Shown piece by piece: positions 1 to 8,320 of a stretch of 53,449 bases of DNA (position 1 is its first letter; every line of letters starts with the position of its first letter). The stretch covers positions 443 through 53,891 of the forward strand of contig CAZYCQ010000015.1 in the NCBI GenBank assembly GCA_964645535.1, written 5' to 3'. Made by a program: the position numbers and the translations under genes. This stretch comes from an uncultured archaeon. GTDB lineage: Archaea > Asgardarchaeota > Heimdallarchaeia > Heimdallarchaeales > Kariarchaeaceae. A model generated the notes under the pieces. It was not told the DNA's origin and did no database searches. It was given only the letters and a program-made list of their open reading frames with translations.

Positions 1-1911
1 GTGCCTAACTCATTGAATCCAAACGTTGTTGTTTTCATGAGTTACAATGAATTTTTTTCAAAACCACAACTTCTTGCTTTTCGATTTTCGAAGGTGTCTG
101 TTTTTTCTTATACTTGGTTCAATTTTGATGAACAAATTGTTCCCTCTGATTTGGACAATGTTCGTAATTCTCTTGTCTCTCCATTCCAAATTGTTGAGTT
201 TCCTCTTGAAAATGTTGTAAAAATGCAAAATGTAGTAGGAGATTTGCTCCAAAAACTGGAATTGGCAGTTGGAACGCTTATGGGCTTGATTTTGAGTTCA
301 ATTGGTGTAGTTGCCATTCGGCAATATCAAAAAAAACGGATAGAAATATTCCAAAAACTGGAAAACAATTGGGGCGATCCCGAAAAAAGTTCTTCAATAG
401 TTGAGTTAATTGAGTTCTTATTCAATGATGAATTGGTTCTTTTATTCATCATTTCTTTTTACTTGGTTGGTGGTGATTTTTGGACTGGATCGGTTAGGGT
501 TCTTATTCTTTTTCTGTTGGTTCTAAGAATTTCTTATTCTATTCAATTGGATAATGCTAGATCGCTTATACGACCTAATGACGTTAAACTGTCAACTCTC
601 GATTACGTGATGATTTTACTTCCTATGCTCTTCTTTTTTTCTGATTTTCTTCCTTATGTACTTCGTCAATCATTATTCTTGCTACTTCCTTTTTATATGG
701 TTGTTATTTTCTTGAATTATTACCCTAAATTTGTATCTTTATTCTCTGACAAAATAAAAATAAAAGGAATTCAAATTCGCAAAAGATACTTTCAAAATCA
801 TATGTTGAATTCTCCATCAATCCATCGTTTTATTTTGGTCTTTGCCCTTTTGACTGCTCAGATCACTGTAGGTCAATATGTGAATTCTCAATTGAAAATC
901 CAAGAAGAACAGGGCATTGGTGGTGATTTTGGCATTGTCGACAACTCAATTTATTATGTAAATGAGACTTTTCAAAAGATTTCTGGCGTTTCTCGTATAT
1001 CTTTTTTGGAGATTGTTAGCTTTGTTGAAGAACGTTTGAATGGGGAAAATGAAATAAAACTTCTAGGAGTTGATCTTGATGGCTATTCAAACATTGTTCC
1101 GCATGAGGACGCATTAGTGTCCTTTAATCGATATATAACTGATATGAAGGATAACAAAGTTTTTCTTTTGGGAAAGAATAGATTTAATGAAATAAAGCAA
1201 TTAAAATCACTAAGGGTTAAAAACCAAGGTCAAATTGGGCTTAATTATCTGGACTTGGATGTTGAAAATTTAACTAGTATCCCCGATTTTTTTGGTCTGG
1301 ATTGGATTGATTCATCGAATGAAGCAATAATTCTAATCGTTCCACGACAGTTTGTCACAAATATTGTTGAAAATCTTAATTACCAATCATTCCGTGTAAT
1401 AACGGGAATTTTCAAGGAAAACGTTCCTTTAAGTGATGCACTTGCAGAATTCAGGAACTTTTTCAGGAACTACTCCAGAGCAGAGATTCGGACGATCTCA
1501 TCGCAACAGGATCAAACTAAGGTAGAGTACCCATGGTATCCTCTTCACCAATTTGTAAACCTTCTTTTCATTTCAATGATCCCTCTGATTGTTTTTGAAT
1601 TTATAGAGCTTTATGGGGAAGTACGATCAACTTATCGCTATTATCGTCGTATTTCTCTAACGAAACGTCACCAATCGCTTCTGAATACCTATGCCATGAT
1701 TGGATTAATCGGCGTATTTCTGCTAGACTTGTTGTTTGTGTATGTGATAGTGATTCCACTTTTCATAAACTATTTCTTTTATGTTCTTGATCTAGGAAAA
1801 TCATTTGCATACTTTTCTGGCATCCCCCATCTTTCTCTGATTGCTTCCGTTTATTTTGCAATTCTTTTGATTAATGAATGTAGGAGGTCTAAATTTGAAG
1901 ATCGAAATTAG
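1..1911 (+). CDS. ABC transporter permease, FtsX/MacB-like multi-pass membrane protein (probably 5'-truncated by the window edge)
   Basis: Clusters of hydrophobic helices flank a large soluble domain, ending in C-terminal TM helices. Lies directly upstream of, and overlaps, two ABC ATPase genes. The family is inferred from topology and context only. Confidence 0.6.
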   Translation: MPNSLNPNVVVFMSYNEFFSKPQLLAFRFSKVSVFSYTWFNFDEQIVPSDLDNVRNSLVSPFQIVEFPLENVVKMQNVVGDLLQKLELAVGTLMGLILSSIGVVAIRQYQKKRIEIFQKLENNWGDPEKSSSIVELIEFLFNDELVLLFIISFYLVGGDFWTGSVRVLILFLLVLRISYSIQLDNARSLIRPNDVKLSTLDYVMILLPMLFFFSDFLPYVLRQSLFLLLPFYMVVIFLNYYPKFVSLFSDKIKIKGIQIRKRYFQNHMLNSPSIHRFILVFALLTAQITVGQYVNSQLKIQEEQGIGGDFGIVDNSIYYVNETFQKISGVSRISFLEIVSFVEERLNGENEIKLLGVDLDGYSNIVPHEDALVSFNRYITDMKDNKVFLLGKNRFNEIKQLKSLRVKNQGQIGLNYLDLDVENLTSIPDFFGLDWIDSSNEAIILIVPRQFVTNIVENLNYQSFRVITGIFKENVPLSDALAEFRNFFRNYSRAEIRTISSQQDQTKVEYPWYPLHQFVNLLFISMIPLIVFEFIELYGEVRSTYRYYRRISLTKRHQSLLNTYAMIGLIGVFLLDLLFVYVIVIPLFINYFFYVLDLGKSFAYFSGIPHLSLIASVYFAILLINECRRSKFEDRN

Positions 1912-2752
1912 GTCCCTGACCATGATTTATCCCGGAAAAAAGCAGAAAACAGTTGCTTTGGATTCCGTCTCTCTTAATATTCCAAGTGGTAAGATTGTTT
2001 CAGTCATTGGTAACAGTGGATCCGGTAAAACAACTTTACTCAAGGCAATTTCTGGTTTTCTAGTGCCTTCCGCTGGAGAAGTTCTTATCAACGGAGTTTC
2101 AATATATGAAATGGACAATCCAGAACGGAAATTTTTTCTAAAAGACAAGATTTATCTTGTTTTTCAAGATATCGAAAATAATCTTTTCTTTAACTTGAGC
2201 GGTTATGAAAATGCCGAATTAATCCTCTTCCAACACAATTTAAAAAAAGACATTATTCAACACTTCCATTCATTAGGACTTGTTGACCTTTTATATCAGA
2301 AAGTATCCACTCTTTCCGGTGGACAGAAACAACTCTTGATCTTTGGAATTATTCTCCTTTTGGATTGCAAGATAATCGTGATGGATGAACCTACCAGTCA
2401 CATGGATCAAGCCTCAAAGCATCTGGTGATGGAAAAAATCAGCGACTACTGCCGAAAAAAAGGGATCACTTTAATTTACTCTACACATGACCCTGATATA
2501 ATAAAATATTCTGATGTAGGCATTGGTATATATTTTGGAAGGTTTGATCGGATTATTGAGAAGCCTTCTTCAAATCGGAAAACAAAAGAAATAATGGATG
2601 GTGTGTATCATATTGTACCGGTGTCTCCAGATGGTACCATTCGTATTCCAAATTTTATGCGTCAATTATTGGGCATTCATGAAAAGGTAAAGTTGCTATT
2701 GAAAGACGGAACCATTGTGGTTGAAGCATATGGAGGTCAAAATGATGATTGA
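1895..2752 (+). CDS. ABC transporter ATP-binding protein with C-terminal AbrB/SpoVT-like domain
   Basis: Walker A GNSGSGKT, signature LSGGQ, Walker B IIVMDEP, H-loop STHD. The C-terminus VSPDGTIRIPNFMRQLLGIHEKVKL resembles an AbrB swapped hairpin. Start placed at TTG 1895, behind the SD-like AGGAGGT (1882-1888); the ORF track starts at 1874. Confidence 0.9.
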   Translation: MKIEIRSLTMIYPGKKQKTVALDSVSLNIPSGKIVSVIGNSGSGKTTLLKAISGFLVPSAGEVLINGVSIYEMDNPERKFFLKDKIYLVFQDIENNLFFNLSGYENAELILFQHNLKKDIIQHFHSLGLVDLLYQKVSTLSGGQKQLLIFGIILLLDCKIIVMDEPTSHMDQASKHLVMEKISDYCRKKGITLIYSTHDPDIIKYSDVGIGIYFGRFDRIIEKPSSNRKTKEIMDGVYHIVPVSPDGTIRIPNFMRQLLGIHEKVKLLLKDGTIVVEAYGGQNDD

Positions 2753-3344
2753 AATCGCATTGGAAAACGTTACAAAAAAATTTGTACTTGATTCTGGTGT
2801 TGTAATTCCTGCTCTTATTGACATTAATTTGGTTATTGAACATGGTGATTTGATTTGTATTCAAGGACCAAGTGGATCTGGAAAGACAACCTTATTGAAG
2901 ATTATCTATGGTATATTGAACGTAGACTCTGGTGTGATCAAATATTCCCCAAATGAAATAAAAAATGACATTGCCTATCTGCCTCAAAATCCGGAACTGA
3001 CAAAATTTTTGACGATTGGTGAAAATTTTCTTGAGACTCAGGGGACTGGTGAATGTTTCGACCTATTAGATCCAGAACTTTTGATGAGCTATCCTGAAGA
3101 AGTTTCATTGGGTGAACTTCAAAGAGCTGCCCAAATCAAATTGGCAAAATTGAATCCAAGAGTAATGCTTCTGGATGAACCAAGCGCCAACCTCGATTCA
3201 AAAAACATTGTAAAATTGATCAAATTCTTAAAGATGAAGAATGAAGAAAACATAACTATTGTATTCACCACTCACTCGGATTTATTGGCCAACATTGCAA
3301 AAAAGAGGTATATCTTAAATGGTGGTCAATTAAAATTACTTTAA
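2742..3344 (+). CDS. ABC transporter ATP-binding protein (short, LolD-like)
   Basis: GPSGSGKT, degenerate signature VSLGE, LLDEP, TTHS. ATG 2742 follows GGAGGT and overlaps the end of the upstream gene. Confidence 0.88.
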   Translation: MMIEIALENVTKKFVLDSGVVIPALIDINLVIEHGDLICIQGPSGSGKTTLLKIIYGILNVDSGVIKYSPNEIKNDIAYLPQNPELTKFLTIGENFLETQGTGECFDLLDPELLMSYPEEVSLGELQRAAQIKLAKLNPRVMLLDEPSANLDSKNIVKLIKFLKMKNEENITIVFTTHSDLLANIAKKRYILNGGQLKLL

Positions 3345-3564
3345 ATCCTCTTTCGATTCCGATGAACAAGATGTGTGTAAGAAACAAAAAGTTCTCTCTT
3401 TGTCGAACAAGCTTCAATACATGTCTAAAATTAATTACGATTTTTCATTCTGATTAATGGAATATGTCTCAGGATGTTTTGAATTAGTGGGTAATTATTT
3501 CCTTATTTCTTAATCCTTTAGTCCCTTTGCTTTTCCTTTTAAGCTTCAAAACCATGGGTTGGAC

Positions 3565-4803
3565 ATGGAACGAGATCCAAGTGGCATGCAACTTTTTCTT
3601 CTGTTTGCGGCCGTGTTCATCGATCTTCTGGGTTTTGGCATCATTATTCCCAACCTTCCATTCTTGGTAAGGGAATTCACGCCTCTCGATAGTCCAGTTT
3701 CTGCAGAGATTCACTACACCCTTATTGTTGCGGTGTTCAGTCTCATGCAGTTCATCTTTGCCCCGATCTGGGGTGCGGTTTCAGATAGGGTCGGTCGTAA
3801 ACCAGTCATTGTAATCGGGTTGGGGGGTTCTGTCATTGGTTTCGGAATTTTTGGGTTGGCGACGGATCTCTCGTTCCTGTACCTTTCGCGTACCATTGCA
3901 GGCATATTTACTGCAGCAACATTGACTGTCGCAAATGCCTACATCGCTGATGTTTCTCCCCCTGAAAAGCGAGGTGCCAACTTTGGTCTGATCGCGGCAG
4001 CCTTCGGTTTGGGATTCGCCATTGGACCTGGTATCGGTGGACTTCTGGGTTCTCTTTCCTTCGCCAATCTTGAAGGGTATCAGTTGGCCGCCTTTTTTGC
4101 ATCCCTGCTTTCCCTGCTCAACATGTTGGCTGCTATTCCATTCCTTCCTGAATCCTTGATTGACCGGAAGGAAGGATGGGACATCCGGCTTCCCATATTG
4201 CAGACTGCTTCCCTGAAGGAATATGGCAATGTCCTCTGGTATATCCTGATCTTCGCATTGGTTGGTTTGGGTTTCTCGAACTTTATCGCGGTATTCCCAC
4301 TCTATGCAGTGGATTTAAGCCAAATTGGAGAACTAGAGTTGGGGTACTATTTCACCTATGCGGGATTGATCATTTTCTTCACGCAGACTGTCCTGATCCG
4401 TCCCTTGTTGAGGAAATTCGGGGAGGAGATCGTTCTGAAGACTGGTGTTTTTCTGATCGGTTTGGGTTTCTTCACCCTGACCTTGGCTCCCACCTTCTGG
4501 TGGTTTTTCCTGACAAATATTCCATTGCTATTTGGCATCTCCTTTGTCAATCCCTCATCAACCAGCTTGATCAGCAGATCCACTCCCCGACATCGGCAGG
4601 GTGAAGTCTTGGGTATCCAGCAAGGCTGGTCCTCATTCAGCCGGATTTTGGGACCGCTTTTTGCCTCTGGTCTGTTGCTGGTAACCATTCCGCGGTATAT
4701 CTTCTATCTCAATAGTCTTCTATTTCTGATTATCTTCCTGATCGCTTGGAAGGTAACTGGAATCTCTCAAATCCCAGAAACGGCTGTTTTGATCTGCAAG
4801 TGA
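3565..4803 (+). CDS. MFS transporter, TetA/DHA1-like drug:H+ antiporter
   Basis: Motif D1 FIDLLGFGIIIP, motif A GAVSDRVGRKP, motif C GFAIGPGIGG, about 12 TM segments. Confidence 0.9.
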   Translation: MERDPSGMQLFLLFAAVFIDLLGFGIIIPNLPFLVREFTPLDSPVSAEIHYTLIVAVFSLMQFIFAPIWGAVSDRVGRKPVIVIGLGGSVIGFGIFGLATDLSFLYLSRTIAGIFTAATLTVANAYIADVSPPEKRGANFGLIAAAFGLGFAIGPGIGGLLGSLSFANLEGYQLAAFFASLLSLLNMLAAIPFLPESLIDRKEGWDIRLPILQTASLKEYGNVLWYILIFALVGLGFSNFIAVFPLYAVDLSQIGELELGYYFTYAGLIIFFTQTVLIRPLLRKFGEEIVLKTGVFLIGLGFFTLTLAPTFWWFFLTNIPLLFGISFVNPSSTSLISRSTPRHRQGEVLGIQQGWSSFSRILGPLFASGLLLVTIPRYIFYLNSLLFLIIFLIAWKVTGISQIPETAVLICK

Positions 4804-5078
4804 GGAATCCATGGATATCATAATGCTTATCTGCAAAGTGAAAAAGAGAATTTTGGTTCTCTAAAATGCAAATGCGTATTCTGAAATCATGGTTTACTTT
4901 TCCCGGCCACAACTGGGGACAACATGTCTTGGTGCTTGGTCAACGAAGCTGGGTGGTTGCTGTTCAAAATTTTCCCAAGAAGATTCCATACGACTAGTGT
5001 GAATGTATTTCTGAGATATTTCCTTTTTTCAAAGAATTATTTGACAGATGTTTTAAGATGATTTCATTTAGGTGAAGT

Positions 5079-5912
5079 ATGAAGTGGGAAGTAGCAAAGG
5101 AGTACGAAGATATTACCTACAAGAAATCGAATGGTGTTGCCCGAATTGCTTTCAATCGTCCCGAAGTGAGAAATGCCTTCCGTCCGAAGACTGTTTTCGA
5201 ATTGTATGATGCCTTCAAGGATGCTCATGAAGACACCTCCATTGGGGTGGTGTTGCTTGCTGGGGAGGGACCCTCTCCGAAAGACGGAGGCTATGCTTTC
5301 TGCAGCGGTGGCGATCAACGGGTTCGAGGTTCCCAAGGCTATGTCGATGACACTGGGATGCCTCGATTAAACATATTGGAAGTACAACGCCTGATTCGTT
5401 TCATGCCGAAAGTTGTTATTGCCGTTGTGGATGGGTGGGCTGTCGGCGGTGGTCATAGTCTTCACGTGGTTTGTGATCTCACCTTAGCCTGTAAGGAACA
5501 TGCGATCTTCAAGCAGACGGATGCAGATGTCACCAGTTTCGATGGAGGGTATGGATCTGCCTACCTTGCTCGTCAAGTGGGGCAGAAACGTGCCCGGGAA
5601 ATATTTTTCCTTGGACGAAACTACAGTGGACAGGAGGCTTATGAAATGGGGATGGTCAACGCAGTGATCGATCACGATCGATTGGAGGATGAGGCGTACA
5701 ATTGGGCTCAAGAAATTCTCGGGAAATCTCCCACCTCCATTCGGATGCTTAAATTTGCCTTCAATCTCATCGATGATGGTCTTGTAGGTCAGCAGGTGTT
5801 CGCAGGCGAGGCTACTCGCTTGGCCTATATGACGGAGGAGGCAAAAGAGGGGAGAAATGCCTTCCTTGAAAAACGGAAGCCGAATTTCCGTGATATCAAG
5901 TGGTTGCCCTAG
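5079..5912 (+). CDS. menB: 1,4-dihydroxy-2-naphthoyl-CoA synthase (menaquinone biosynthesis)
   Basis: Crotonase fold with MenB signatures FNRPEVRNAFRP, AFCSGGDQ, AVGGGHSLHVVCDL, FKQTDADVTSFDGGYGS and EGRNAFLEKRKP. SD AGGTGA upstream. Confidence 0.96.
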   Translation: MKWEVAKEYEDITYKKSNGVARIAFNRPEVRNAFRPKTVFELYDAFKDAHEDTSIGVVLLAGEGPSPKDGGYAFCSGGDQRVRGSQGYVDDTGMPRLNILEVQRLIRFMPKVVIAVVDGWAVGGGHSLHVVCDLTLACKEHAIFKQTDADVTSFDGGYGSAYLARQVGQKRAREIFFLGRNYSGQEAYEMGMVNAVIDHDRLEDEAYNWAQEILGKSPTSIRMLKFAFNLIDDGLVGQQVFAGEATRLAYMTEEAKEGRNAFLEKRKPNFRDIKWLP

Positions 5913-6052
5913 GCAACAAAACGAATCCAGCATTGTAAAAACTGTTTCTCCTATTGAAATCCCGTTCCGAGTCTGTCAAAATCTGTCCATGATCCTGCAC
6001 CTCTCCCATTTTTCAAACGTAGATTATTAATTGACTGTTCCGTTTATTCAAT

Positions 6053-6901
6053 ATGGATTTTTCAGAGGATCGAGTTGAAACAATATATGCCATTGATGGC
6101 GAACCACTCATGCTTCATGTTTGGGAACCTCCATCCCCCCAAGGAGTTCTATTAGGGATACATGGGGGATTGGCACATGCGGGAGACTATGTCACCCCTG
6201 CGCTCTTTTTCAAGGATAAGGGTTATGCAACCATAGCGCCTGATCTTAGAGGACATAAGCAAACGAAAGTCGATATCAAAAATTTTGACCTGTATGTCAA
6301 GGATATGCTTGATGTTCTTGATTGGATAAACGGCAAGTATCCTGATCTTCCTATCTTCATTGTCGGGCATTCCATGGGTGGATTGATCGCCACTGTAATG
6401 GGATTGAAGTATCCCACTCGTTTAAAGGGAGTCAGAGGCTTCATTCTTTCATCTCCATACTATAGAAATGTTGTACCTGTCCCCAAAATAATGGAAGCCT
6501 TGAGTGGAGTGTTTGCAACAATCCTCCCCAAAATGAAAGTTCCAGCAGAGGATTTCATAGATGTGTTGACCCATGATGAGGAGATTACCAAACGGCATCA
6601 TGAGGACGAAAGAAAGGGTTTACGTGGGAAATATGTAACTGCGCGTTGGGCTCATCGCATTCTTTCAACACAAAAATGGGTGGAGAAACAGATACATGAA
6701 TGGAAATTCCCCCTCTATGTAGTAGTTGCGGGGAAGGACAAACTTGCGGATACTTCATTTACCGAACAGCTCCTGCAGCGTATTAAACCAGACTTAGTTA
6801 AATTACGTATTGAACCTGAAAACTATCATGAAAATTTCAATGAGATAAATCGCCAGGAAATTTTTGATGATATCCTAGAATGGCTAAATCAACAGAAATA
6901 G
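6053..6901 (+). CDS. Alpha/beta hydrolase, lysophospholipase/monoacylglycerol-lipase-like
   Basis: HGG oxyanion motif, DLRGH, nucleophile elbow GHSMGG, catalytic D in GKDKLAD, catalytic H in YHENFNE. Confidence 0.88.
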   Translation: MDFSEDRVETIYAIDGEPLMLHVWEPPSPQGVLLGIHGGLAHAGDYVTPALFFKDKGYATIAPDLRGHKQTKVDIKNFDLYVKDMLDVLDWINGKYPDLPIFIVGHSMGGLIATVMGLKYPTRLKGVRGFILSSPYYRNVVPVPKIMEALSGVFATILPKMKVPAEDFIDVLTHDEEITKRHHEDERKGLRGKYVTARWAHRILSTQKWVEKQIHEWKFPLYVVVAGKDKLADTSFTEQLLQRIKPDLVKLRIEPENYHENFNEINRQEIFDDILEWLNQQK

Positions 6902-6957
6902 AATTTCCTATACATGTTCAACCATTTTCAAAATTTACTCCACATTAAATTCATTTG

Positions 6958-6966
6958 TTTTTTTTT
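6958..6966 (+). terminator. Candidate archaeal oligo-U terminator
   Basis: T9 run about 57 nt after the hydrolase stop codon. Confidence 0.35.
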
Positions 6967-7024
6967 ATGTCGATCCTTTTATTAGTTGTTATGTGTCTGA
7001 AAGATTTGAGGTTTGCAGGAGTAT

Positions 7025-8320
7025 ATGAGAGATCTTCAGGAACTAAAACGAGCATTTCCCAATCAGATTGTATTGCCTAGGGGTGTGGAAAACCCCGTTC
7101 TCCTGTTGTTGGTTGCCGAAAACAAGAATACTGCTGAAGATCTCAAAACTCGGTTTCTTGATCTAGGTTATGGTGTTGTGGGACCGGTTCAATCCACAGA
7201 TTCTGCTCATTCCCTTGCGCGAAAGATTCCTTTAGATGGTTTTGCTTATCTAATAGGCAATGACCTCAGTGAGATACTTTCGTTCTTTCATCTCTTAGAG
7301 GAATTCCCACTTCTTCCTGTTATTTTTTTGGGGCAACTTGATGCCACTGTCAAAGTGAAGATGAAAAAGTTGGAGAACCCAAATGTGCATCATGGTTTTC
7401 CAATCCAGGATACTTCTTCTTTTCTTCTTTCATTGAGCCGCCTTTTCGGTGATCGCGGCGGAGAAATGCCTGAACTCTTGCTTTTTGCAAACGCCACTTT
7501 TCGGGAACTCATTGAACTTTCATTAAGGCGGGATAGGTCTGAAGTGGCAAAAATTTTGACTGATGAGCTCGGTCAGCTTCCAAGTCGAATGGAAGGCTTT
7601 TCATTCACAAAAGACCCCTATCCTACTTTAATATACATTTCTCCCAAGAAATTTGACAGATCACAGTTCTTTGTGATGCTGGAACTTTTGTTTTCAGACT
7701 TGGAGGAGACCATCAACACGAAATTGGAAGTCGATTGGGGTGCTGATTTCATCAATGATGCCATCCTGCAAGCCATTGCAAAGCATAAATTCAAAGACAA
7801 CCTAGTTCTTGATTTTGCTAGGTCACGAGGTCTTCCAGATCTTAACATCAAAAAAATGTTGGATCGTGTTACTGTCAAAGAGAGAAATATTGCTGTCGGA
7901 TATATTGAACTCAGTGACCACGGACCGGAATTGATGAAAATGAAGGCGGATCCTGGATTGGAAACATTCATCAATGACCAGACCGTTGCCCAATTAATTT
8001 CCATTGTTGGGCAAGGAGAAAGCTATCGTGAAGGACAATTTGGCGTGGTTCCTCTTCTTCAAAGTCATGAATATGTTTCCATTCTTACCTCAAAAATGTT
8101 GGATTCGGATACTTTGAAGGACATAAGGATGGCGGGACGGTCATTGACGCTTATATTTGTTGTTCTCCACAAGAGCTTCTCCAACTTGGCAATGGACAAA
8201 TCTTTCTTAAAAGAAGCCATGGCGGAGTACAATTCGATATCTGATGTCAGCCAAGTTACGGATGAAATGATTGAAAGAATCTATGAAAAATTCAAGTTCA
8301 TCCTTCCAAGTTCCTCGTAA
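7025..8320 (+). CDS. Hypothetical protein: N-terminal degenerate receiver (CheY-like) domain plus C-terminal longin/uDENN-like domain
   Basis: LLLLVAENKNTAEDLKTRFLDLGYGVVGPVQSTDSAHSLA follows the receiver beta1-alpha1-beta2-alpha2 pattern but lacks the acidic pocket. The C-terminal 'ELSDHGP...GQGESYREGQFGVVPL...DIRM' pattern resembles Asgard longin/uDENN-like modules. Start ATG 7025 after AGGAG (track start 7013). Confidence 0.5.
   Translation: MRDLQELKRAFPNQIVLPRGVENPVLLLLVAENKNTAEDLKTRFLDLGYGVVGPVQSTDSAHSLARKIPLDGFAYLIGNDLSEILSFFHLLEEFPLLPVIFLGQLDATVKVKMKKLENPNVHHGFPIQDTSSFLLSLSRLFGDRGGEMPELLLFANATFRELIELSLRRDRSEVAKILTDELGQLPSRMEGFSFTKDPYPTLIYISPKKFDRSQFFVMLELLFSDLEETINTKLEVDWGADFINDAILQAIAKHKFKDNLVLDFARSRGLPDLNIKKMLDRVTVKERNIAVGYIELSDHGPELMKMKADPGLETFINDQTVAQLISIVGQGESYREGQFGVVPLLQSHEYVSILTSKMLDSDTLKDIRMAGRSLTLIFVVLHKSFSNLAMDKSFLKEAMAEYNSISDVSQVTDEMIERIYEKFKFILPSSS

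Noticed and set aside
4792-4841. Imperfect direct repeat ATCTGCAA(A)GTGA at the MFS stop and 37 nt downstream
   Set aside because: Only about 12 bp in two copies, with no associated mobile element; compatible with chance or a small duplication scar.
6053-6901. Alpha/beta hydrolase as MenH because it follows menB
   Set aside because: Its motifs (DLRGH, GHSMGG, HE..NE) fit the lysophospholipase/MAG-lipase family better than MenH (GYSxGG). Adjacency alone is insufficient.
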